From contig AP026144.1 of NCBI GenBank assembly GCA_030295235.1, positions 806,001 through 870,000 of the forward strand: a stretch of DNA of 64,000 nt. The letters run 5' to 3'. This DNA comes from Fistulifera solaris. Its lineage: Eukaryota. The position numbers were made by a program, and so were the translations under genes. Below are positions 1 through 10,211 of this stretch, one piece after another (position 1 is the first letter of the stretch; the number at the start of each line of letters is the position of its first letter). Below the pieces are notes generated by a model, which had not been told where the DNA came from, did not search any database, and saw nothing but the letters and a program-made list of their open reading frames with translations.

Positions 1-661
<661 letters not shown>

Positions 662-1331
662 TTATTTTTTGTGAGCGCAGTTTCGTTTTTTCGCTTCTCG
701 TGCCCAAAGATCCAAAAATGCGAAGCGTCAAACCTTCCACTTCCACGCGACGAAGAACGTCCAAGGAAAATCTGGCAAATGCGCGAAAGATTTTCGTGAC
801 ACAAAAACGCACCGTTGACGCTTCTCATTTTTGACACCACACTTCATCCTATACAATCCGAAGAGTATACACGTAGTAAGTACAGGGACGGAATGACGAC
901 ACGACGTTGAGACGAACAAAGCGAAGATCGAGCGGCCATACAAAATTCCAAATTCCGTATGCTTTGTTTTACTGTCGATAAGGTTAAGGTTGTAAGGCGA
1001 CTGGGCTCGAATCTCGACTGCGAGGTGCGAGGTTGATCGTAAAACGCCTCTCAACTCTCAATCAAAACAACATGCACCTTCAATCGCAATCGATTGGATA
1101 GGATTGTGTGTAACAATATTCACAAGAAACGTAAACGAAGAAAGTAGAAGTAGCCAGTTGTCAGAGCTGACGAGAATGTCGGCTTTCAAGAGAGCCTACA
1201 CTTTCATTACACCGTGCTTCTTGCCAGGGTAGATATTACACAATTGAGAAAAAATACGCTCATTTATATGATTTACTTCTGTGGTGCAACTAATACAATC
1301 AATGCTTTTAAGTGCGCATCATTTCGTCACT

Positions 1332-1646
1332 TTAAGGGCAACCACCACATTCGAGGCGACCCAGAATGCGGAGTGAGTTCGCAACGGCGTTGCGGATGGG
1401 GGTGTTTCTCCAGCAGCGTTCTTGAGGCTCGGAGATATAGGGAACACCGTAGTAGCAAACACGGTATTCGTCATCATTGAATCCGCAAGTGAAGCTTTCA
1501 CAGTTCTCCAAGACGACTCCCAGATCACGGGCGGGGCCGACCGCCGATAGATGCGACTTGTCTTCTTCGTTAGCGGTAACAGTGTGGCTGCTGAAGCCAA
1601 CCACAGCGAGAATCAAGGCGTAGCGGATGAAAGAGAAAGACTTCAT
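1332..1646 (-). CDS. Small secreted cysteine-rich peptide precursor, paralog 1 (104 aa)
   Basis: ATG at 1646, signal peptide MKSFSFIRYALILAVVGFSSHTVTA, RDL pro-site, 6 Cys. Mature region nearly identical to paralogs at 3181 and 4353. Confidence 0.88.
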   Translation of the reverse strand: MKSFSFIRYALILAVVGFSSHTVTANEEDKSHLSAVGPARDLGVVLENCESFTCGFNDDEYRVCYYGVPYISEPQERCWRNTPIRNAVANSLRILGRLECGGCP

Positions 1647-2014
1647 GATAATCTTTTGTAGGAGTAAAGAGACTGTGTGAGCTGGTTTCGAAACGATTTG
1701 GAAGCGCTGTAAATAATTGTCTCGAACGATAATTTGTGTCAACCTCGGTCGACGTTTTCACAGGAAAAAGACCATTGGCCGCCGGGATGACGCATTACCC
1801 AAGACGCATGACCTTGTGGGCGTAAAAAAGTTGGCGGAGTTGTTAAAAGTTGATAGTGAACGTTCTTTACTACTGTAGAATTCAGGTAGTAAAACATGCT
1901 ACTCGGAGTACGTGAAAATATACTGAAATACGAAAACCTACTCTATTGAGATGACGCAGGTTAAAGGCCCAAACAGATACATACCCAACTTACTACGTGG
2001 TACTTAGACATTAC

Positions 2015-2042
2015 ACATGAAACATGAGACATGACACATGAG
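2015..2042. repeat. Short tandem repeat of a 7-mer (ACATGAN) x4
   Basis: acatgaa acatgag acatgac acatgag. Confidence 0.6.
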
Positions 2043-2092
2043 GTACGGGGTGGCGAGACTGCAATGTGCCGCTTGCGGTTTGTATAATTCGA

Positions 2093-2267
2093 CAAATATC
2101 GATATTTGGGTTTTTGCGAACATAACAACGACATCCGCAAAATGCACCCATTCATGCGTAAAAAGCCTAAAAGCCGTCTGTCAGGCGTATGAATATCGGC
2201 AAATATCGATATTGAGAAAAATGGCTCTGCTAAAATACGCTATTATAGCGCGAATATCGATATTCGC
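2093..2267. repeat. Three perfect palindromes sharing the core AATATCGATATT
   Basis: CAAATATCGATATTTG 2093-2108; AATATCGATATT 2202-2213; GCGAATATCGATATTCGC 2250-2267. Confidence 0.8.
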
Positions 2268-3180
2268 TATCTGAGATTTGAAGGGTGTCGAACTATGACA
2301 ATTTGAGCACTGACAGCGAACCCCGAATCACGACCACGATCCACGATCCGTATCACGTGGTGAAACCTTGTAGAAAAAATGTAAAGAGGACGAAACTTGC
2401 CTTTTTGTGTAGTGTGTCGCGCTTACGGATTACTATGACGATTAGGTTCTTACTCCGTAACAGTATGGAACCTGGTCACAATAGACAACTGACGACAGGT
2501 GAGTCACGACTCCTCATGATCTTTTGAATGAGCCGACCTGGTCGGCTGCTAGAGCGCCAGCATTTGGAATGTAGCCTTAATCTTTATTAGTCGAATTGAT
2601 GATCGAAAACTTATGATGGATACGGATCACGATCAAAGATACGGATGATGGTGAAAACAAGACCCCTGTAGACTCGAGTTCAAAAGTACGCCTCAGATCT
2701 AAATCGAAACCCAGCAACTAGCCCGATTAATGAAGTCCGTCCTATGCTCCAAAGAATTTGCTGCCATTACGAGAAGTGGATAATACACTGGGGGCTTCCA
2801 TGTCTTATCTAACATTCGAATGTATCCAGCATTGATCGTCGTCGTGAAATCATCGGATCGTGTCTGCCGTCGCCCTCGTAGAGCAACGCCGAAGACGAAA
2901 CTACACGTTTACGAAAGTGCCTACGACAGTTTTAGGGAATGTGTATTGAAGTAGGTAGAGATTGCCATGTTTTTAAAGTCAACTACCACCAACAAAGCAA
3001 AAGAAATTAGAAAAATCATCCCAAGTATATGTTTCTGCAAGAACGAAACCGAAACAGGCTACCGCTATCAGGATTAACTAGAACTTTACACAACTCATCC
3101 GGCTCCAGTCCCCTCGACAGCTTTACCCTATGTTCCGTAGGCACAAATAATGTCCAACATCAATGCAGATTCCGAAGTTT

Positions 3181-3484
3181 TTAGCAGAAACCGCATTCGA
3201 GACGCCCGAGGATGCGGAGAGAGTTAAGCAACAGCGTTGCGGATAGGGGTGTTTCTCCAGCAGATTTCTTGAGGCTCCGAGATATAAGGAATACCGTAGT
3301 AGCAGACACGGTATTCGTCATCGATGAATCCGCACGACAAATAGGTTTCGCAGTTTTCTAAGACGATTCCCAAGTCGCGGGCCGGGCCGACCGCCGACAA
3401 ATGCGGCTTGTCGTCGGTGGCCGCGGTCAAGGGGCTACTGGCCATGGCAGCCAAGGCGGGGAGGATAAACGAGAACGATTTCAT
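3181..3484 (-). CDS. Small secreted cysteine-rich peptide precursor, paralog 2 (1-nt insertion at 3226-3227 creates an early stop)
   Basis: MKSFSFILPALAAMA...ARDLGIVLENC...RNAVA. Removing one base restores NSLRILGRLECGFC* ending at 3181. Confidence 0.85.
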
Positions 3485-4352
3485 GGCGTTTCTTTTGAGG
3501 CAGTAATAGCGAAGTGGGACGGGTTGTTACTTGTAGTGGATTCAGAGAAAGGAACCGGTGCAGATAATGAATATAGAAGAGGGGAGAGGAGCGAAAAAGC
3601 GATTTCCATGGAGCTGAATCTTTTCGGCTGTGATGTATGTGTGACGGTCGCATTCAACGGTAACTCCGACCCCCGCAATTTCCGTTCATCACCTCAAAAT
3701 TATTGAATATATTAGGTTTATGTGGTCAATCCACGAATCATTGAAAACTTTAGTCAATCTACTACACGACATCGACAACAGAAAGAATCTGATTGGTCAG
3801 ATCGTTTCAATTTCGGATTCCGATCAATTCCCTCGACATTTTCGCGAGAAACTCCTCATGCCATAGTAAGTCGTAAGTTGTAACATCCTTACTAGTCAGT
3901 CCTCAGTTAAAGTGATGTACTAACTATTGAGATGATGATTCATTGCGTTGTCTTACAGGCCTCCAGGTAAGCGACGAATGAGTAAGCATGCAAAGTCCAT
4001 GCTATCTCTGGAATACAGCCAATTGGCCGAGTCGTAGCGTCGTAATAAACGTGATCAAATCGAAAAATAGCAGTTCCTATCTGGTTGTTGCTAGCAAACC
4101 CTTCTTAGTCGTTAGCATCGCTTTCCAAAAGAACTCGGAACTGTGCCGATTTAAGTTAAAACATCGTCTTGGGTGTCGCCCACCCTGTAGACAAAACAAA
4201 GTGTCTATCATGTTGCCCCGCCAGCTTGTGGTCCTACTAAGTTCAAAAATAAATTAAAGTGAAATTCAGTCTCTCTACTAAAAGAAAACGATAACATCTT
4301 ACTCCATATCCATTTGGGGGGCCCCTTGTCGCTGTTTATTTAACTGGAGATT

Positions 4353-4643
4353 TTAAGGACAGAAGCCGCATTCAAGGCGACCGAGAACACGGAGAGAGTT
4401 CGCAACAGCGTTGCGAATAGGGGTGTTTCTCCAGCAGATCTCCTGAGGCTCGGAGATGAAAGGAATACCGTAGTAGCAAACGCGGTATTCATCGTCACCG
4501 AAGCTGCAGCTGAAGCTCTCGCAATTCTCCAGCACAATTCCAAGGTCACGGGCGGGGCCGACCGATGATAGATGCGGCTTGTCTTCGTTGGCTGCGGTCA
4601 TAGCGAGAATCAAAGCAGTGCTGAGGATCGTGAACGACTTCAT
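4353..4643 (-). CDS. Small secreted cysteine-rich peptide precursor, paralog 3 (96 aa)
   Basis: ATG at 4643, MKSFTILSTALILAMTAANEDKPHLSSVGPARDLG...RLECGFCP. Confidence 0.88.
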   Translation of the reverse strand: MKSFTILSTALILAMTAANEDKPHLSSVGPARDLGIVLENCESFSCSFGDDEYRVCYYGIPFISEPQEICWRNTPIRNAVANSLRVLGRLECGFCP

Positions 4644-5360
4644 GGTGTATGTTGGTTTAGGAAATAGATAGACGAGAAAGTCGGCTCGAAAAGACTGCTG
4701 CGAAGAAATTTGTGACTGCTGTGTGCGTATTCTCCGATTTCGAAAAAAAACACAATCCAACACTCCGCAGCGGTCGTAGCATTAAATGCTGAATGGATTT
4801 AATACTAAATAGGTAGTCGAGATGGACGATTTCGACGAAAAACGAGACAAAAACGATTTTTGTTGCCAAAGAAAAAGCGTTAAGACAAAAAAGCGGCGAA
4901 AACACGTTTTGTAGCTACAAACGAGGAAATTGAGAAATTGAGTCGTGAATTGACTCATTTTATTGGTGTGCGAGGTGCACGTTTCGTTGTTTCGTTATGC
5001 TTTATTGGAAATTCGATCGAATCGCCCAAAGAAACAAAGAATAATGAACAATGAATGCTCTCCATTCTCAATCTCTCCTTTCATCAGTCAGTAGCATGGT
5101 GTGTAAGATCAACAGAGAAAGATACTAAACATTAGGAACTGAAACGAAGGCTGAATCTCATGTCGGCCCACAATTTGTTTCTCAAAGCTTGATTCAAGAA
5201 AAAAAACTCACGATGAACGCTCTCCTGCCAATTCAGATCGCGCAAAACTTTTGGAACCTTATCGCCAACTTCATTCTTCAGCGGAGGCCGTAACACCCAA
5301 TCCTACTCCGAGTCCTTATTACAATCAAAATTCTGTAAAATCAACAAACGGAAAAGAACA

Positions 5361-5883
5361 ATAGCTTGGTCGACAAGTTGAATCACAAACTCCAAGAATA
5401 ACACTTCACCGAAAAAGAAAAATACTGGGTCACCATTGACCCGGCTCGGAGAAAACCACTTCCGCAATGACCATTGCGCATCGCATTAATACTCGTTGTG
5501 ACCGCAGTGTGGCGATCGTGATTCCCATGGACAGTTTTCATTGGGCGTGCGATGGTACAGTATGGTGGTCCGGATGCTTTACAGCGTCGCGGGGTAAATT
5601 ACACGAAATTTAAGAATACAGTTGCTCAGATTTGCCCACGTACAATCGCAAGGAATCCAATTTTTGTTGGTGGAAGGTTGGTACTTGTTGGTTGCATTTT
5701 CATTCAGATCGAACGTCTCTTGAATCGTCGATGACAAACATGGAGTTTTTCTAAAGCAGAACAATCAGGCAACGGACGCGAAGGCGCCGAGACACGTGTT
5801 TGATTCAGGACGTCAAAAACATGGACCTGGTCGAGCATTGTATCGAACGCGCTGATGAAGTCATTGTGACCATGTCTGATTAA
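5361..5883 (+). pseudogene. Decayed paralog of the adjacent YggC-like P-loop kinase
   Basis: Fragments in shifting frames (KYWVTI, IVIPMDSFH, YGGPDALQRRG, LLVEGWYLL, DVKNMDLVEHCIERADEVIVT) are collinear with QYWVAI, LVIPMDGYH, YGQEGLKRKG, ILVEGLYLL, DVPNMETIAYCRDCADVIIET. Contains stops and deletions. Confidence 0.8.
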
Positions 5884-5927
5884 TGAATCAATCGTTTTTC
5901 TATTATTCTTGATCGTTTACAAGTTTA

Positions 5928-6707
5928 TCATTTACATGCCTTCCGATGATAGACACGACACGCATTGTTCCCCGTCTCAATGATAACATCAGCACAGTCA
6001 CGACAATACGCAATTGTTTCCATGTTCGGGACATCATTGTACAGAGTCCGTGTTCGGGCTCCTTCCATCCCGTCTCCCCACAATTCACGTTTGAGGGAAT
6101 TCCACGTCCGAAACGCCCGTTGCACGACACGTTCAATTTGTTCGTCACGAGAAGGAACTTCCACCCACCATCGTTCGTCCCACAATTCCTGTAAGGGTGC
6201 CCATGCTGGATCACGCTCATGCAACAAATACAAGCCTTCCACGAGAATAATGCGATGGGTATTTGGATCGAAATGAATGGCGTTTGCAACGGGACGGGAT
6301 GCTTCGCGACTGTAATCTGGAAAATACATACTTTGCGTTATCGAATTATCATCTTTGGCATGTCGCAAATCTTGGACCAAAGTAGTAGTATCAAACGTAA
6401 ACGGAGCTCCCTTGCGTTTCAATCCTTCTTGGCCGTACTTTTCGACCAATAGTTCCTGCGAGTAATGATAACCATCCATGGGAATGACGAGACAACAATT
6501 CGGCTGGAAGGAATTCAAGAGAAGCGCTACTTCTCGAGCACAGGTACTTTTGCCCGATCCTGGACCTCCGGCAATGGCGACCCAATACTGTTTGGATGAT
6601 GATTCCGTATGATGATTCGCCCGTTGCCACAATTCGTGAGCCAATTGTTGCAGTGGCTGGTGTGTCTTTGTTGTTTCAGTAGGAGCTTCGTGTGCAGTTG
6701 CTGTCAT
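5928..6707 (-). CDS. YggC/Yfh7-like P-loop nucleoside/pantothenate-kinase family protein (259 aa)
   Basis: Walker A GGPGSGKST, PMDGYH, KGAPFTFD and ILVEGLYLL motifs. Confidence 0.9.
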   Translation of the reverse strand: MTATAHEAPTETTKTHQPLQQLAHELWQRANHHTESSSKQYWVAIAGGPGSGKSTCAREVALLLNSFQPNCCLVIPMDGYHYSQELLVEKYGQEGLKRKGAPFTFDTTTLVQDLRHAKDDNSITQSMYFPDYSREASRPVANAIHFDPNTHRIILVEGLYLLHERDPAWAPLQELWDERWWVEVPSRDEQIERVVQRAFRTWNSLKRELWGDGMEGARTRTLYNDVPNMETIAYCRDCADVIIETGNNACRVYHRKACK

Positions 6708-7314
6708 GATTGTGATGATTGTGATTGATGATTCTTTGTTACAAAGTAACTCCAGTTTGTCGTCGATGTTTGTTTGTTGTTTTTTGTGAGACGATCCGCC
6801 GCGATGATGACTATTATTTCCTTGGTTTTCCTGTTTGCTTGTTTGTTTGTGTTCGTTGACGTTCTTATTATATCCCCGGAAAACACGGCATTTTCACAGA
6901 ACATGCCTTCGAAATGCATCCTCACTTATTACGCATATTGACTAGGAATACTCTTTTTTTGCAACGAATGATTTTTGAAAGGCGAATTAAGGATCTTTCG
7001 AAAGCGTTCGAGAATCTTCGAGAGGAATTAAAAATAGTAGTACCTGGTACCAGCAAAAATAATAATAAGCGTGCTCCTAGAGCTAGAGTTTTCAGTAGAG
7101 GCGACAATGCAATAAGGATATAGGATAAATAGACAAAAGAAGGAATCACGCTAAGACATTCACCGGTCATTTCCGTAGAACTACAGAACCCGGAGGCGTC
7201 CGAGCGGATGAGCCGGAGGCAAAACAACAAAACGCCATAATAAGAACGGCAACCCATTATTCTAGCCTTTGATTTTTTTGATGTTCCGTTCATTCATTAT
7301 TCTATCTTTTTCTC

Positions 7315-8451
7315 ATGCATATCCCTCTCTGGTTGGTCCTTTTCATCGCAATTCTCGCCCCTAAAACCGAGGCATTGGTCGTGGGAGGAGGAGGAGGAGG
7401 GTTCGGGAAGACTTCGACGAAGAAACGTAACAGGAACAGCACGCCGAGGAGAAAACACGAGCGTGACGATGAATCCAATAAGTCATGGAATACAATCAAT
7501 AATAATAACAAGAAGAAGAAGAATAATAATGCACCCGTGCTAGACAAATGGGGATTACCGCCTCCGACTGTCGATGATATTTTCCCTCCGTTACCTCCCA
7601 ATACAGAATTGAAACCGGCGACGAAAACCAATTACACATTATCAGAAATACAAGCCTGTTTGCAGGAGTACATCGATTTACAATTGCATCGATCCTTTGA
7701 TGAACAAGGTACTGAAATCGTATCGACTACGAATACACAACAACAACGACTGATGCAATTGCACTTATTGCATGAATCACCTCCCGTATTACGCATTGAT
7801 CATTTCTTGTCACCTGACGAATGTCACGAATTGCAACAATTGGCTACCACTCCATGCGAAAACTGCGTCATCCGGGTCGAATCACCAACCTTCCCCGGAG
7901 CGGTGTCCCAACGCACCTCCACATCGTGGTTTGCACAGTACGCGGCTGTTCCACGATTTCTTGCCAAAGCGCACTTTCGTCTCCACATTCCTCTCGCACA
8001 CATGGAAGAACCGCAAATTGTACGATACCGTCCCCAACAATTGTTTTCGTGGCATTACGACGAAGTCACACCGCACGCCCTTCACAATGGTGGACAACGT
8101 CTCATGACGCTACTGGTGTATTTGAATACTTTAGAAAAAAGTGGGGGCACTTTATTTCGAGATTTGCGCAATTCTCAAAAAGAACCATTGTGTCTACAAC
8201 CACAACAAGGTTCCGCCTTAATTTTCTTTCCGGCATTTCAAGATGGCCGACCCGATGATCGGACCTTGCATCAAGGACAAGCTGTTGTTGCTGCCGACGG
8301 TGAAAAATGGATTGTCCAAATGTGGATTCATCAACACGACTATCAAGCGGCGTTACCGCCGGGGAATTTACAAATGTCCGCCATGGGTCCCATACAACAA
8401 GTCGCGCAACAGTATGGTTATGATATTGTGGAAGGCAGTAATGGATTGTAA
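7315..8451 (+). CDS. Prolyl-4-hydroxylase-like 2OG-Fe(II) oxygenase with signal/plastid presequence
   Basis: HYD iron motif, RTLHQG distal His, EKWIVQMW 2OG-binding Lys, GQRLMTLLVYLN; hydrophobic N-terminus ending TEA-L. Confidence 0.88.
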   Translation: MHIPLWLVLFIAILAPKTEALVVGGGGGGFGKTSTKKRNRNSTPRRKHERDDESNKSWNTINNNNKKKKNNNAPVLDKWGLPPPTVDDIFPPLPPNTELKPATKTNYTLSEIQACLQEYIDLQLHRSFDEQGTEIVSTTNTQQQRLMQLHLLHESPPVLRIDHFLSPDECHELQQLATTPCENCVIRVESPTFPGAVSQRTSTSWFAQYAAVPRFLAKAHFRLHIPLAHMEEPQIVRYRPQQLFSWHYDEVTPHALHNGGQRLMTLLVYLNTLEKSGGTLFRDLRNSQKEPLCLQPQQGSALIFFPAFQDGRPDDRTLHQGQAVVAADGEKWIVQMWIHQHDYQAALPPGNLQMSAMGPIQQVAQQYGYDIVEGSNGL

Positions 8452-8548
8452 CGCTAATCAGTGGATTAGGACGAATTTGCTTTTGTCCTACCCCCTGGTC
8501 AATCACCCCATTGTCACCCAAAAAAGCCGTCGTGACAGACACGACGAC

Positions 8549-8563
8549 GGGGGGGGGGGGGGG
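8549..8563. repeat. Poly-G run (~15 nt)
   Basis: Directly visible between two convergent genes. Confidence 0.8.
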
Positions 8564-8641
8564 CTTTGGTCACTAAAAGTATTTCAGAAAAGCATGCATG
8601 CCGTATAATACTGCTTATTATTGTTTGCTGTGTTTAAGTAT

Positions 8642-9921
8642 TTAAAAGAGATTCAAGTTATCATCATTCAAAGTCTTGCGGGATGGTTTCCCTCCCTTGA
8701 GTAAATTTTCGTACTTTCCTCCCGTATACACAGCACCTAATTTGGTGATGCTGTTGTAAGATAAATTCAAATCCTTGTTGAACGCAAGTACCGTGGACGC
8801 ATACTTTTGCAACGTGGTCGCTGCTGTGGGCAAACGATCGGCATCTTTCAACAAGCTCACGATCCAATCGTTATCATCCTTGGGCATCTTGACGAGCTCT
8901 TGAATGTACTTGTTAAAATTTCGTTCATTAATTTCATCGGCAGCCAAACGAGCCCCAAACCGCGATTCTTTCGTCCCGAAACTATCCGAAATGTACCATC
9001 CATCATCCGGATCTTGGTAATCCGGATCGGCTTCCAACGCCGCCTGTGCTTCCGCCTCGGCAATATCTTCATCCGACAAACGCTTAAATTCCGACATGCG
9101 TCCCATTTTGCCCCGCTCCCTGAATTTCGGCTTGGCCGATTGACGCCAGTCTTCGGTACTCCGTGCTTTTTCCACGCGTTCCAATGTGTACAGACCACAC
9201 AACAATGCAATAGTTTCACGATCCGACATGCCTGCCGAACGGAAAGTATCCAAGATGACATCTTTACTAACCGTCTTGCCATTGAACAGATCCAATGGCA
9301 AGGCCGCATTGACAGGAGCATTCTTGGGAGTATCCATTCGACCCAATTGCACTACTAAAATGGGTCCTCCCACCGATTCAATGGCTTCCGCACCCGCAAT
9401 CGCCACCGCATCGGGCAACGAAATGGCATTCTTTTGTCGCAAAAACTTTTCCGTTTCCAAAATGACGACGGCCGCTTTTTGCAAATTCGTCATGTACTCG
9501 TCACTGGCTGGTGCCTTTTGGCCGAGGACTTGAAAGAGAATGGTCCCATCGGGTCCATACTTGTCCGTTTTGGCTTGATACGACAAGCCATCTAACAAGC
9601 TGAGATGATAGAACGAAGGAGCCAAGGAAGGATTTTCCAATATCGCCCGACGGACTCGTTCTTTGACACTATCGACGGCACTGACGCGCAATTCTTGATC
9701 TCCGTACATGGCCGGATCGAAAAGACTTGTGCGTTGGCCTTGGTAGTAGCGATGAAAGCACCAACACCACCTCCACCGAAAATGCAACCATTGATCCAAT
9801 TACGACGCGATAGCATCGCATCGAGTTGTGTGGTGGATGTTTTTCGGGTCGTCGGCGACGGCGTAAAAGCACTCGCTGATGTTACAACGAGCAACCAAGT
9901 GTATTGCATAATCAATCTCAT
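8642..9921 (-). CDS. Thylakoid lumen TL29/APX4-like non-catalytic haem-peroxidase-fold protein (frameshift at 9720-9723)
   Basis: ASA-F signal cleavage, RR twin-arginine motif, ANA-Q site. Adding one T joins AQVFFDPAMYG to PSFYHLSLLDGLSY...GPDG...ISLPDAVAIAGAEAIESVGGP...GRMD; distal catalytic Arg/His absent. Confidence 0.78.
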
Positions 9922-10211
9922 GATGCTATGTTAAACGTCTCTCTTACAATGATACTATGAGTGGTCTTCTCTCACTCTTGAAGGAAATAACCAACAAACA
10001 AAGAAGAGAAAATGCCAGCTGCTTTATGCCATGTCAGAAAGGTTGTGACACAGACACAAAAATCGGATTTTCGTTCGAGCTTTTTGGGAGTGACATGACA
10101 TTGACATGCCGACGACTGACGTAGCGAAGTGGCGTGACTCGCAACTCGTGATTCATAAGCTAGACGCACGACACTACGGACTAAGAATTATCAATCACTC
10201 ATTTTAGTGTT

